A DNA stretch of 63,972 bases, the filler included, from Candidatus Hydrogenedentota bacterium (GTDB lineage Bacteria; JBFMHD01), in NCBI GenBank assembly GCA_040752395.1. It is 4 parts of 4 records of this genome, joined end to end, with 100 filler letters (N's around TTAATTAATTAA, not from the genome) between each part and the next. Parts side by side here need not be neighbours in the genome. Positions count along the whole stretch, not along the records: positions 16,380 to 32,636 come from JBFMHD010000046.1; positions 32,737 to 48,924 come from JBFMHD010000047.1; 2 more parts are not named here. One strand, given 5' to 3'. The notes beneath the pieces were generated by a model, which was not told the origin of the DNA, made no database searches, and worked only from the letters and a program-made list of their open reading frames with translations. Shown here piece after piece: positions 30,221-40,870 of this stretch. How positions within the stretch are numbered: position 1 is the first letter of the stretch; each line of letters starts with the position of its first letter. A program made the position numbers and the translations under genes.

Positions 30221-30633
30221 CAGATGCTACATACATAAAGCCTTTGATAAAGAAGGCTTATGAAAAATTATTAACATCAAAAATTGATTTAGAAAATAAT
30301 CGCTATGAGGATTCGGCATCAAGAGCCTATTATTCAGTATTTCATTCTATATCATCAGTTTTATTATCAAAGGGTTTGCATTTTTCCTCACATAAAGAAG
30401 TTATTGGTGCTTTTAATAAAGAGTATATTCACGGTGGAGAATTTCCCGTATATTTTATCAAGAAAATTCAAAAATTATTTGAAGATAGGCAGATAGGAGA
30501 TTATGATATAGAGGAAATAATTGATAAAGAGACAGCAGAAGAAGATTATAAAAGTGCCGAAGAAATTGTTAATAAATGTGTAGAATATCTTACAGAAATA
30601 TACCAGGTGGATCAAAATTTCTGGAAAACATAG
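30217..30633 (+). CDS. HEPN domain protein
   Basis: SRAYYSVFH, SSHKEVI..F, RQIGDY; ATGA coupling with MNT. Confidence 0.88.
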   Translation: MTDATYIKPLIKKAYEKLLTSKIDLENNRYEDSASRAYYSVFHSISSVLLSKGLHFSSHKEVIGAFNKEYIHGGEFPVYFIKKIQKLFEDRQIGDYDIEEIIDKETAEEDYKSAEEIVNKCVEYLTEIYQVDQNFWKT

Positions 30634-30706
30634 AATAAAAGCAGGGGGTATGGAATAATAAAAAAATAATTAAAAGAAGAAAAACTTTTCAAAGGGTGGT
30701 GTTAGT

Positions 30707-30976
30707 ATGAAAGTAACAAAATTAATTCTTGCCGCTTTGGGGATATTGTTTACTTTTACCTATAATTTAATAGCTACTCCGGGTCAAGACTTGACGTACT
30801 ATCTTGACAGGGACAGCTACGAGGCTAAATTATGGGGTGCTACTGCGATTCTGAATGAATTAATGGGACAGGATTTGAGTAATGAGGACAAAACGCATAT
30901 AGAGAACGGGAGACAAAGACTAATGGATTCCCTTATAACATTAAGAAATACGAAGAGTCAGCAGGTCAGGAAATAG
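30707..30976 (+). CDS. Hypothetical secreted protein (possibly a fragment)
   Basis: Signal-peptide-like N-terminus, 89 aa. Confidence 0.5.
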   Translation: MKVTKLILAALGILFTFTYNLIATPGQDLTYYLDRDSYEAKLWGATAILNELMGQDLSNEDKTHIENGRQRLMDSLITLRNTKSQQVRK

Positions 30977-31027
30977 ATTATTTAATTTATTTCCAGCTAA
31001 TAGACAGCAAGTGGAAGATATCACAAT

Positions 31028-31969
31028 ATGAAATATAAAATAAATTTACAAAGATTATTAATTATTTTTTCTTTCTTATTGTGTTATACTTGTATTTTTT
31101 ATTATGCAGATTTTGTGGAGAAGTGTGGGGAAGAAAAATCGGTTTCGGGGGTATTAGGTATAGCGCAAGAGTATGGAATAAACACAAGCGAGCCCATAGA
31201 GGCAGGACTATTCGGCGAGTACTGGACCAGTAGCGGGGAAAACGGAATAGCAAGGATAATAAACAGCAACTTCTTTTCGCCTGATACGATAAGGCCGTTT
31301 GGGGACGATGAGTATCCGAGTCCGAAGTATCCTTATAATGTATTAGAACAACCTGCTTTGCCGCAGAGCTATACTGTGTTAGGAAATCAGACGCAGGCAG
31401 GTCCGATATTAACGGGGTTATATTTAACACATAAAAACTTGTGCTTAGGTGGTCGAAGAATGAAGCTAGCGAGGCCAGGATATTATACCACGTTTTTGTC
31501 ACCAACCATCAGCTATCCTGAAGGCCGCACTGCGTTCAACGCAAGCTGGATGTTATCGCACGACGTGCTTGACGATTATTTTACGGTGCAGTGGCCTTTA
31601 GCCGTACGCGCAAGTGCCGGAGTTTTAAATTACTTTTTCCCGGGATGGAGTATTGAAGCAACGGCGGAATATAAAGATAATGAATTAACGATACAAGGGA
31701 ACATAAAACATAATAAAGAGCCGGAAGTATTAAAATGGAATGATTTAAAAAACAACGGAACGTCTATTGCCAAAATATATTTTAAAGATATACCAGATAC
31801 TGAAATAATCAAGATAGATGTTTCAAATAGTGATTTCATAATTACCAAAGATAAATTTCAATTTGATGCTATCTTTGATGCTATCCCCGAAACAGTAATT
31901 ATCAGTATAACTATAGGCGCAGAAAGATATGAGAAGGCGATACCGGTCTCTGCCGAACACGCAGTTTGA
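31028..31969 (+). CDS. Hypothetical exported protein
   Basis: 313-aa ORF with a hydrophobic N-terminus. Confidence 0.55.
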   Translation: MKYKINLQRLLIIFSFLLCYTCIFYYADFVEKCGEEKSVSGVLGIAQEYGINTSEPIEAGLFGEYWTSSGENGIARIINSNFFSPDTIRPFGDDEYPSPKYPYNVLEQPALPQSYTVLGNQTQAGPILTGLYLTHKNLCLGGRRMKLARPGYYTTFLSPTISYPEGRTAFNASWMLSHDVLDDYFTVQWPLAVRASAGVLNYFFPGWSIEATAEYKDNELTIQGNIKHNKEPEVLKWNDLKNNGTSIAKIYFKDIPDTEIIKIDVSNSDFIITKDKFQFDAIFDAIPETVIISITIGAERYEKAIPVSAEHAV

Positions 31970-32636
31970 GGCATCAGTACCGTTTCCGCTTGAGGTTGCT
32001 GTTGATAATGAAAATGGAAGCATTTATGTTTCTGAGACAGTAAAATGGGGGGTTCAGATTTTTGATAAAAATGGAAATGTTTTTGGGATGATAGATAGTA
32101 ACATATCATCTCGTTATAAAATGTGGCCACTCGGGTTGGATGTTAATTTCATGGGTGACCTTATTATAGCAGATGTATATAATAATCGTGTATTAAGAAT
32201 ACCAGCTAAAAAGATTGATGAGATTATAGAAGCATACAGTGCAGGTAATACGAACTTTAGTACATCAAAGCTATCTGCGATAGAGTCTAAGGTATCAGAT
32301 GATGTGAATACGTGGCAATTTATAGTTAATCAGTATCAGGAGAGCGGTAAGCTTGTTAAAAGCTATAATCTTAAGTATGAAGAAGTATGCCAGAAACCGG
32401 TATCTTTTTATAGTTTTGCGAATAACAAAGTGTATTTTTTACTTAAAGATGAAGATAAATATTACATAGAATTAGGACCAATTTCAGGAAGAGTTGGCGG
32501 GTTCTGGATAGAAAATGGAGATATTCATTTATTAATGGCTGAGACATTGCAACTGAAACCAAACATAGAGATAACACCTGAGATCACAGTAGTAAATAAA
32601 GAAATAAGATTGACAGTTAAAGTAGAAAGAACTAAT
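31929..32636 (+). CDS. NHL-repeat protein, partial (runs into the gap; probable frameshifted continuation of the upstream ORF)
   Basis: PLEVAVD..GSIYVSE, VQIFDKNG, WPLGLDV..GDLIIADVYNNRV. Confidence 0.6.
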
Positions 32637-32736
32637 NNNNNNNNNNNNNNNNNNNNNNNNNNNNNNNNNNNNNNNNNNNNTTAATTAATTAANNNNNNNN
32701 NNNNNNNNNNNNNNNNNNNNNNNNNNNNNNNNNNNN
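32637..32736. other. Scaffold gap with artificial linker
   Basis: N run containing TTAATTAATTAA. Confidence 0.98.
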
Positions 32737-32836
32737 GAGGCAAGATAACGAAAAAGAAAGATAACGAAAGAAGCAAGAGGCAAGAAGCAAGATAACGGAA
32801 GAAGTGAGAGGTAGCAGGACAGGCTACTATAGTTTT

Positions 32837-34315
32837 TCATCCTTCAAGTGCTCTTAACCCTATGCCAAGAGCAACAGGTAAACTACTGATTATTCCGGTA
32901 TACTTATCTGAATCACCATTGTTTTTAATTAGAAAAAAATCTTTTATATTCAAACGTTCCACAGGGATACCTAATCTTTGGGATAAAAATTCAAATAAAC
33001 CCTCAATATTTGAAGAACCGCCAGTAATAAACATCCTTGTTATTTTTCTACCCTTATTCTGTGATTCATAATAATTCATCGACCTTGTTATATCATTAAT
33101 AATCTGTGGTAGCAATAAAGAAAGCACAATACCGATATCAGCTACAATTTCTTCTTCCTTTATATTTTTAATATCTACTATTTTTCCTGAGCCACCTTCA
33201 ATGGATGGTGGCTTTTTTATCCTACCTATTTTTATAAATATATCATCAATGGCTTTTGGTTCGGATTTTGTTTCAGCTGCGATATCTGAAACAAGATGTT
33301 TAAAATCACCATCTATTTTTTGTGGTGGTGGCGGAGGCGATGGAGTCAATATCAGTGGTTTCTTACTCTCTTGTTCCTGCACTTTTATCTCTTTAACAGG
33401 TTCGGTTTCCTTTATCACTGCTGGTTCTGGCTTTATTATAGGTTTAAGCCTTGATGAGGGGATTGGTATTTTAGGAATTATCTGGGGTTTAGGTTTGGCT
33501 GTAATGATATCGAGGTCAAGGAGACTCTTTTTTGCTATTTCAGGTTTTATTTTAGCATACTTTTTTTTGAATGTTTCAGCATTTAAAAGACCGCAGGAGA
33601 AATCGTTTTCAATTATTTTTGTTATATTATCTCCGCCTAATCCTATATCACGCGAAAATACAGGCTGGTCTTTATCAAAAAGAATAAGTACTGTATTAAA
33701 TGCACCGATATTAATCAACGCTACAATATCGTCTGATTCTTTATATGGTTTTATCACTCTATAAAGATTACTTAAAGCTGAGACATCAGTATCTACGGCA
33801 TACGGATTCAGCCCGGCAGATTCTATAATCTCAAGATATTGTTGAATAACAAACTTTTTGCCCGCTGCCATTATGATATCCATTTTTGAGGAATCGTTTT
33901 TATTGCTGGCCGCGACTATATCAGCAGATATGACCACATCATTGATATTGAATGGTATGTATTGTTCAGCTTCATTGATGATGGCCTGGTTCAGCTCTGC
34001 TCTATCCATTTTTTGAAAAGCAATAAATCTTATTACGACAAAATCGCCGGAAATAGAAAAAATTACATTCTTAATATTCGATAATTTAGCTTCTTTTATC
34101 GTTTTTCGAATAGTTTGAACATAAATTTCCTTGTGCTTTAACGGGTTTGATTTATCTATTTCAGCAGGCGGCAGAGGCGAGATAGCTAATCTTTCAACTA
34201 CATAGTGGTTGTTCTGATTAGCTAATGATAAACATTTTATAGAATTTGTACCTAAATCTAATGCAAAAACCTTTTTAGCAGCCATATACTTATCAAATAG
34301 CGACCTTTTCGACAT
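32837..34315 (-). CDS. pilM: Type IV pilus assembly protein PilM with Pro/Lys-rich insertion
   Basis: ALDLGTNSIK, EAEQYIPF, LINIGA, IGLGGDNIT, ITGGSS, VALGIGLR. Confidence 0.85.
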   Translation of the reverse strand: MSKRSLFDKYMAAKKVFALDLGTNSIKCLSLANQNNHYVVERLAISPLPPAEIDKSNPLKHKEIYVQTIRKTIKEAKLSNIKNVIFSISGDFVVIRFIAFQKMDRAELNQAIINEAEQYIPFNINDVVISADIVAASNKNDSSKMDIIMAAGKKFVIQQYLEIIESAGLNPYAVDTDVSALSNLYRVIKPYKESDDIVALINIGAFNTVLILFDKDQPVFSRDIGLGGDNITKIIENDFSCGLLNAETFKKKYAKIKPEIAKKSLLDLDIITAKPKPQIIPKIPIPSSRLKPIIKPEPAVIKETEPVKEIKVQEQESKKPLILTPSPPPPPQKIDGDFKHLVSDIAAETKSEPKAIDDIFIKIGRIKKPPSIEGGSGKIVDIKNIKEEEIVADIGIVLSLLLPQIINDITRSMNYYESQNKGRKITRMFITGGSSNIEGLFEFLSQRLGIPVERLNIKDFFLIKNNGDSDKYTGIISSLPVALGIGLRALEG

Positions 34316-34766
34316 TTTTTCTGTATTTATAAAAAACTACGGTGGTCCCCTGATTGTTAAGGTACGGTTTTATCTCAAGATGGTCAGCTAATTGGGACAT
34401 AAGATATAAACCGCGGCCACGTTTCTCAAGTATGGTTTTGTTAATATCAACAAGTGAAGTGATACTGTAATTTTTCAGTATCTCGTCCTTTGTTAAATGT
34501 AAATCACCCCTACCCTCGTCAATGACCTCAACCATTAATTTTTCATAATCAATAAAAATATTAACAGTAATTTTATTATCACTATATTTCGGGGAGCCAT
34601 GTTCAATAGCATTTGTGCAAGCCTCATCAAGCAGGGTTTCGATAACATGTGCATCGGCTTTGTCAAATCCAACACTTTTCGAGAGTTCAGAAATGAATAA
34701 TCTTATTGGTCTTATATAAATATATCTTGCTGGAAAAATAAACTGAAAATAGTCTGCTTGTGACAT
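34293..34766 (-). CDS. Anti-sigma factor / Ser kinase (RsbW/SpoIIAB-like)
   Basis: EACTNAIEHG, VIDEGRG, RGRGLYLM, GTTV. Confidence 0.88.
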   Translation of the reverse strand: MSQADYFQFIFPARYIYIRPIRLFISELSKSVGFDKADAHVIETLLDEACTNAIEHGSPKYSDNKITVNIFIDYEKLMVEVIDEGRGDLHLTKDEILKNYSITSLVDINKTILEKRGRGLYLMSQLADHLEIKPYLNNQGTTVVFYKYRKNVEKVAI

Positions 34767-34769
34767 AGT

Positions 34770-35108
34770 TTATTTACCAATAATATCCTCAATAGAGTTA
34801 TAAATATTAAAAATCTGGGTGCCACCAAGTATGTTGAAAATCATCATATTATGTTCAGATAAAGAGCATATTTTTATGCTGCCTCCCATCCCGGAAAAAA
34901 CCTGATACCTATGAACAAGAATTCCAAACCCTCTGCTGTTTATATGACCCAAATCTTTTAGATTAATTATTAAATTAATTTTACCCGAGTCCTTTAACTC
35001 ATCAAGCGTTTTACCAAGCTGGGTTACATTAGACGCATCTATATCACCTTTTATATTTAAGATTGTGAGTCCCTTTCTTTCTTCAATATCAAAAATTAAA
35101 TCAGCCAC
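34770..35108 (-). CDS. STAS anti-anti-sigma factor (RsbV/SpoIIAA-like)
   Basis: KGDIDA, INSRGFGIL with the conserved Ser; GTG start. Confidence 0.88.
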   Translation of the reverse strand: MADLIFDIEERKGLTILNIKGDIDASNVTQLGKTLDELKDSGKINLIINLKDLGHINSRGFGILVHRYQVFSGMGGSIKICSLSEHNMMIFNILGGTQIFNIYNSIEDIIGK

Positions 35109-35117
35109 CTCTTAAGC

Positions 35118-35262
35118 CTCCTCTGAAAAACATTGTAACTATAATAATATCAAGTAGAAGCAAGAAGCAAGATGCAAGATAACGAAAAAAGTAAGAAGTA
35201 AGAAGTGGGAAGTGAGAAGTATCAGGACAGGCTACAGGCTACGGACTACAGCCGGCTGGAGC
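35118..35262 (-). repeat. Composite intergenic repeat ending in the RBS module
   Basis: Reverse complement of the 19139-19256 architecture with extra heptamers. Confidence 0.9.
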
Positions 35263-35285
35263 CTGAAGCCAACATATCATCTTTA

Positions 35286-38200
35286 CTAACGCCTTACCTC
35301 GCGCATAGAGCCAACAAACCAGTTGGTTGTCTTGGCTAACGTACCCTGACCTATCTCAGATAATTTCAAATTCTGCGGATGATTTATAACCAGCTTTGAG
35401 CCTTGATTAATGATGAGCTTTTTGCAAACAATCGAGCCAAGACCTGTTATCTCTACATCTGCATCTGAATTAAGAATAATATTATTATTTGAAAAAATAA
35501 CACCTGTGTCAATCCTAATCACACCTGAGATCGTTATATCACCACCAAGCGCAAATAAATCAAAGATACCCGAATCAACAGATATTGCTAATGGTATGTT
35601 CACACTAATATTTCCATCACAGACAATGGCGCCATCCGGGTTGTCAGGGATATCTGTTACTGTAGCATCACCTGACACATAATAGAGTTTATCAACAGGA
35701 TCAGTATTATCAAAGGTATAATTACCTGAGATGCTTTTTTCAGTTATTTCTTTGAATACATCATCATAAGTGAATTGCGGGATATTCTTATATACATCGC
35801 TACCAGTATTCCATCTTGATGTATCACTCACAGCATAATCAAATGGATAGATGGGTCCAAAAAATGCTTTTCTGACGCCATTAACATCAGCTGTATCAGT
35901 ATATATAGCGGGGTATGATTTACCAAGAAGTTTTCCTGGTTGTGGTGCGGCTGGTGTATCGTTTGGTCCAAAATATGCCGATGGATTGGCATTGGTCAAT
36001 ACATCGCCTGTGATGCTTACAATACCTGGTCTTAAATCTATCGTATCTTCACTTGCTAAAGCACAGAAATCAAATACACTGAGCGGCGGTTTTTTATATT
36101 GGAATAAAGCTACTATTGAATGAGTCTTATCTTTTATTTTTCCAGTTGAGGTAACTTTTACTCTGCTCTCAAATGGGAACTTGAAAGGTTCCGAGGCTTC
36201 ACCCTCATCGCCGATTGAATTAAAATATACAGTGTCTGCATTATCAGTTATACCATTCTGAAAAATAAAGAGACTATTATCATTAAGTTTTATATAATAT
36301 TCAATAGCGCCCCCGGTATAATTGAAATCATATCTGTAATAATACTTATTACTGCCGGTAAATTCTTCAATCCCTGGTGGTGCATTAAAATTTTCAGGTG
36401 GTTGCCATGCTTCACCAATTTTTCGCCACACAAGCTGAAACTGGGCATCTTTTCTACCTATAACACCTGCAAAGAATTTTACCGTACCCTGGGCTGTTGG
36501 CCAGGCAGGGCTACGCATAGTATATTTTGTAGGGCTTCCTGTAGATTCAACAGCTTCTTTGCTAACCGGGTTATGCCAGCAAGCAAGTAAATCACGCTTT
36601 TGAATAACAAATCGGAACGGGCTTTTTATCGCATCAGACCAGGCACCTATTCTATATCCTGTTATGCCATTATCATCATAAGCATAGAGGAATCGACGTT
36701 CTGCCCGGGTTAAAAGATAATTACTTCCTGGCGCTTCATAAGGATTATTTATCTCAAAAAAGTATTCGATGGTATCACCAACATTAGCATTTAAATACCT
36801 GACACCAGCTGTACCACCTGTACCTAAATTTACACCCTCGTATTTATATAACCAGGCATTACCATAATCAATGTTACCAAAAGTACGCCAATAATTGAAA
36901 GTATCAGAAGCATCAGATTGAGGAGTATACCATTTGATACTGCCATCAACATAGTATTCATCGTCACCAACTAAAACTTTATAAGAGTTGTTCCAGTTAG
37001 CATCATAGGTAGCGTGTCCAACTCGGTTGACTCTTATAAACAAAAGAATATTTAATATTTCATTATGAGATGTATGAACGTTGTTAGTTGCATCAACCAC
37101 TTTATAGAAATGGTCTTGCGGGTCACCAGGCGGGACATCGTAGGCACCGACAGAAAAGTTTACGTCTGCGTTTTCTTTGGGTTCACGGTTAGCACGCATT
37201 GTTTCATTGGAGTTTTCCCAGGATTTGTAATAAAACGTATATGGGTCGTGCCAGATAGGATAATCTATCGGTATCACGACTGTTTGCGAAGCAGCACCTA
37301 ACATACCACGTCTATCACGTGCCCAGATTCTTAGATAATATGTCTGACCTAAACTTAATATAAAATTCTCGCTGCCATCACCATTCGGGACTGTCCAGGA
37401 AGTTTGTGGTAAGTAGTTGTTATGATATACAACAGTATTAACAGGACCTGCACCTGTTTGTGAGCTGTTAATCACCCAGTTTGATTGCCATTGTAAGAAA
37501 CCGTTACCATCAGTATTTGGAGAGGTACTTATCTGGATATAATAACCAAGTATAGAATCGCCAGAATCACCGTCAGGCGATACAGGGTTCCAGGTTATAA
37601 CAGGGTTATTTGTAAGAATAGTATCACCACTACTTCGCCAGATACCAAAAACGCTGTCATAATATCTGATATTTGAAGGTGCGGATGGTAGACGCGGGTT
37701 TAGAGCATCACCATCAAAATCAAATGCGATATCAATATAAGAAAATATATTACCATCGCTTAGTTCATCCTTCCATTCAGTTGAGGTGCTGTATAGTCCA
37801 TAACTCAGTGCATCTAAAATATCAGAGGCAGAATTTGCGATATCAGCTGTCTTGTCCACTGTTTGTGGGTCTCCACCAATACGTTTAGCAGTTGCAATGG
37901 TTAATCTAATACGGTCAGGCCGCTTTGAGAATTTTAAATCGCTCCAGGATACCCGGGCTTCCATAAAATTATCATTAACGTTTATAGCAACAGCTGAGGC
38001 AGCGGATAATACCCAGCCAGAACCAGGATTGTAATAATCATAAATATATACGCCATCTATATCCATAATAATATTTTTCTCCGAGTACTGTTCTGTCCTA
38101 CCAAGTAGGGTGCTTGGCTGGATGCCATCAGACCGCGATTCATCACCTATCCAGTCTAATCCCAGCGTACCGCCCTCGGGATTAGAATTAATGTGGGTAT

Positions 38201-39701
38201 CCATAGCTACGTTGAACTGAAACATATTAGCACCGTTAACATTATCTAAATCATCTGCTCTAACAAAGAAATATAAATAATAAGTATCAGCTATTATATG
38301 GATATCCCTGATATCGTATGTAGGTCCGTCTCCGAGAACAGTCGTTTCATCGTACAACTTATCTCTCCAAACCCATTCTGTATCAATTTTATTTGTTGCA
38401 AGTATTGCTGTGTTACCGATATAAGGCAGGGTATCAAACCAATCAGATTTGTTACCATCTATGGTACGCTTGTATTGTCCAAATGTAATTATTACGGTCG
38501 AATCAGTGGCATTAAAATTAGTGCTGGTAGCCTTAATTTCTACGGTACCACCTATAGTTGATCTAATATGAACCCTCGCAAACCCGTGTGCATCTGTCTG
38601 ATCAACGCTGTCAGAAATATCACCACCAAAAAAAGAAGCTTGTCCGCTAATAATTGAGAACGTGACGTTTTCTATAGATTTCGGATAACCATTAGCATCA
38701 GCTACATAAACATAAATCGTTGAAGAGTCAGTACCATTAGCTAAACAGCTATATTTAGATGCATCTATTCCTTCGATTACATAGCGAAAATAAAATTCGG
38801 GGGGGGCTCCTGATGGCGGTGTTCCCAATGTTCCCCAGGTGGTTGCGGTATCTGATGCGTTGTTTCTATAAACATAAACATCATTAGCATCACTATCATC
38901 ACGGAAATGGATGTGATAATTAACTATCCCGGGCGTACTGAAAGTCAATTGCGTGTACCAGATGTCATAACCGTACTGTGAGTCATCCCATACATGGGAC
39001 CAGGTATTTGCAGAAGTCGACCAGCTACCACCATTATAGTGATACCAGGTCCTATACTGATACCAGAACTCTATCTGGTCAGCGTCGTCGCGTGCCTCAC
39101 GATAATATATCTTAACTGTAGAATCAGTAAATACCTGCTGGGGCTGACGCTGGAGTCCTGTAATACCCCACTGATTGTTCAGATTGGGATTATGACCGAC
39201 TTTATCCCATTGGATATTATCATCAGAGCCGCCATCTTTAATAGTAAATTGTATTTTATCTGCTGGATCCATTCCTGCACCATCAGTATATTTATCATCA
39301 TTACCATCAGTTCCTTCGCCATGAGCATACCATTTTATTGTGGCATTGGGTGTAAAAGATGGTAAAACATATTGAAAATTATCATTGTTGCCAGCCTGGG
39401 AATCAAATGTCATATTTTGTTCTGAGGCCTGCCAGGAACCATTAACAGACCAGTTTATATAACAATAAGAATTTTGGCCTGCAGGGGGTGTAGTAACACT
39501 TCCCAGATCATCATAAAACTCAACCCAGACCCTGACCCTTTCCCAGGGCATACAATAATTATCATAACTGAGTCCGGGGTTCCACCCATTTCCACCACTC
39601 CAATATATTTCCTGCCAGGTCGCTCCTATCCATGGTGCGGAATAAATCGCTTTTACATTAACTATAAAAAATAGAATCAAAATTAATTTAAAAATCTTCA
39701 T
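35286..39701 (-). CDS. Giant secreted multidomain protein (Ig/Big_1, DOMON/CBM-like, Fn3) with a PilX-type C-terminal region
   Basis: Signal peptide; ANGTDSSTI..VADANGYP..TDAHGFA (Big_1), TIDGNKSDW..DIRDIHI..YLYF (DOMON-like), YYLRIWARD (Fn3); C-terminal VKVTSTG followed by beta-helix-like text. Confidence 0.7.
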   Translation of the reverse strand: MKIFKLILILFFIVNVKAIYSAPWIGATWQEIYWSGGNGWNPGLSYDNYCMPWERVRVWVEFYDDLGSVTTPPAGQNSYCYINWSVNGSWQASEQNMTFDSQAGNNDNFQYVLPSFTPNATIKWYAHGEGTDGNDDKYTDGAGMDPADKIQFTIKDGGSDDNIQWDKVGHNPNLNNQWGITGLQRQPQQVFTDSTVKIYYREARDDADQIEFWYQYRTWYHYNGGSWSTSANTWSHVWDDSQYGYDIWYTQLTFSTPGIVNYHIHFRDDSDANDVYVYRNNASDTATTWGTLGTPPSGAPPEFYFRYVIEGIDASKYSCLANGTDSSTIYVYVADANGYPKSIENVTFSIISGQASFFGGDISDSVDQTDAHGFARVHIRSTIGGTVEIKATSTNFNATDSTVIITFGQYKRTIDGNKSDWFDTLPYIGNTAILATNKIDTEWVWRDKLYDETTVLGDGPTYDIRDIHIIADTYYLYFFVRADDLDNVNGANMFQFNVAMDTHINSNPEGGTLGLDWIGDESRSDGIQPSTLLGRTEQYSEKNIIMDIDGVYIYDYYNPGSGWVLSAASAVAINVNDNFMEARVSWSDLKFSKRPDRIRLTIATAKRIGGDPQTVDKTADIANSASDILDALSYGLYSTSTEWKDELSDGNIFSYIDIAFDFDGDALNPRLPSAPSNIRYYDSVFGIWRSSGDTILTNNPVITWNPVSPDGDSGDSILGYYIQISTSPNTDGNGFLQWQSNWVINSSQTGAGPVNTVVYHNNYLPQTSWTVPNGDGSENFILSLGQTYYLRIWARDRRGMLGAASQTVVIPIDYPIWHDPYTFYYKSWENSNETMRANREPKENADVNFSVGAYDVPPGDPQDHFYKVVDATNNVHTSHNEILNILLFIRVNRVGHATYDANWNNSYKVLVGDDEYYVDGSIKWYTPQSDASDTFNYWRTFGNIDYGNAWLYKYEGVNLGTGGTAGVRYLNANVGDTIEYFFEINNPYEAPGSNYLLTRAERRFLYAYDDNGITGYRIGAWSDAIKSPFRFVIQKRDLLACWHNPVSKEAVESTGSPTKYTMRSPAWPTAQGTVKFFAGVIGRKDAQFQLVWRKIGEAWQPPENFNAPPGIEEFTGSNKYYYRYDFNYTGGAIEYYIKLNDNSLFIFQNGITDNADTVYFNSIGDEGEASEPFKFPFESRVKVTSTGKIKDKTHSIVALFQYKKPPLSVFDFCALASEDTIDLRPGIVSITGDVLTNANPSAYFGPNDTPAAPQPGKLLGKSYPAIYTDTADVNGVRKAFFGPIYPFDYAVSDTSRWNTGSDVYKNIPQFTYDDVFKEITEKSISGNYTFDNTDPVDKLYYVSGDATVTDIPDNPDGAIVCDGNISVNIPLAISVDSGIFDLFALGGDITISGVIRIDTGVIFSNNNIILNSDADVEITGLGSIVCKKLIINQGSKLVINHPQNLKLSEIGQGTLAKTTNWFVGSMREVRR

Positions 39702-39803
39702 AAAATATCTTCAAAGTTAAGTTTTCGGTTATCCGACCTCAGCACTTCGGCACTGGTGTCTTTCTTGCCTCTTGCTTCTATAATACCACCTATAACTAAG
39801 TGG

Positions 39804-40211
39804 TTACATAAAGGGTTCAATAGTTACTGTAATCTGGCCGCCTTCGAAATTTATCGTTCCTTGTGCAGGTTGAGTATCAAAGGGGTTTCGTTGACCAGTT
39901 ACAAGGTTTTCAATCTCAGTTGAGAAATTATGATCAGTATTAAGTTTTTGAAGCGTGAGCTCAAGCCCTGTTTCAGCAAGATGTCTGTCTTTAGCTATAA
40001 ATCTGTAAAAGATAGTTGTGAGTGATTCCTGTTGATGCGAAAAAGTTATAGCGAGCGCCATAATAAAAGCTATAACAAGAAGAACGATAGCAACGACAAT
40101 AGCGGCGCCACCACGCATGGATCGAAGCGACAATTGGCGACTTTCTGCGAATGTCGACATCTTATCTACCTCGCTTGTAATTCGTGATTGCAGTAATCCT
40201 TGTTTCTTCAT
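39804..40211 (-). CDS. PilX N-terminal-like minor pilin (short)
   Basis: RGGAAIVVAIVLLVI hydrophobic segment lacking E5; HLAETGLE; true start may lie downstream of 40211. Confidence 0.7.
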   Translation of the reverse strand: MKKQGLLQSRITSEVDKMSTFAESRQLSLRSMRGGAAIVVAIVLLVIAFIMALAITFSHQQESLTTIFYRFIAKDRHLAETGLELTLQKLNTDHNFSTEIENLVTGQRNPFDTQPAQGTINFEGGQITVTIEPFM

Positions 40212-40854
40212 AGATATCTGGCATATTTCTTCTGAAAAATCCCCGTTTCTTTTTTCTTATAGATAACGTAATGGCGATACGATCAATGGGTACATCTTTT
40301 TCAAAATTAAATAAAGTATTATCATAATCAGATGCGACGAAAGTATTGCCGTCAACGTTATGGATAGAAAAATTCCAGGAAAAAGTATCACCGGTTTCAA
40401 TAGAATCAAGGTTAAAAATTCGGGTAATTTCATAATCTGAATTATTATATTTATCGACCTCACGAAATATTCTGCGATTCTGCAAACGATAAACAAAGGT
40501 ATCAAAATCATCATCTTCAGGATGGTTTTCCCAATCATCAGTATCCTTTGGGTCATCAGCACATATAAAGACAAATTGGGTAGCATTGCTCAGTATATCG
40601 AAATTTCGCTGGGTCTGAACAAAACCTGTGAAATCTTGTTTAAACCAATAAGTTATATTCTTCAAATCTCGCTGAATCCTCAATCTTTCTTCTGATTCCT
40701 GATATGCGATATAGATAGCGCCAAAAATTTTATTCAATGCAAAGATTACAGCTGAGATGATAGCAACTACTACAAGAAGTTCAACAAGAGTAAACCCATA
40801 CATAAAGACTTGAGACTTGTTAGGGCATCTACTCTGTCTTTGGTAAAGTTTCAT
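40162..40854 (-). CDS. Prepilin N-methylation domain protein (PilW/GspJ-like)
   Basis: GFTLVELLVVVAII. Confidence 0.85.
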   Translation of the reverse strand: MKLYQRQSRCPNKSQVFMYGFTLVELLVVVAIISAVIFALNKIFGAIYIAYQESEERLRIQRDLKNITYWFKQDFTGFVQTQRNFDILSNATQFVFICADDPKDTDDWENHPEDDDFDTFVYRLQNRRIFREVDKYNNSDYEITRIFNLDSIETGDTFSWNFSIHNVDGNTFVASDYDNTLFNFEKDVPIDRIAITLSIRKKKRGFFRRNMPDIYEETRITAITNYKRGR

Positions 40855-40870
40855 AATCTTGCCTCTTACC

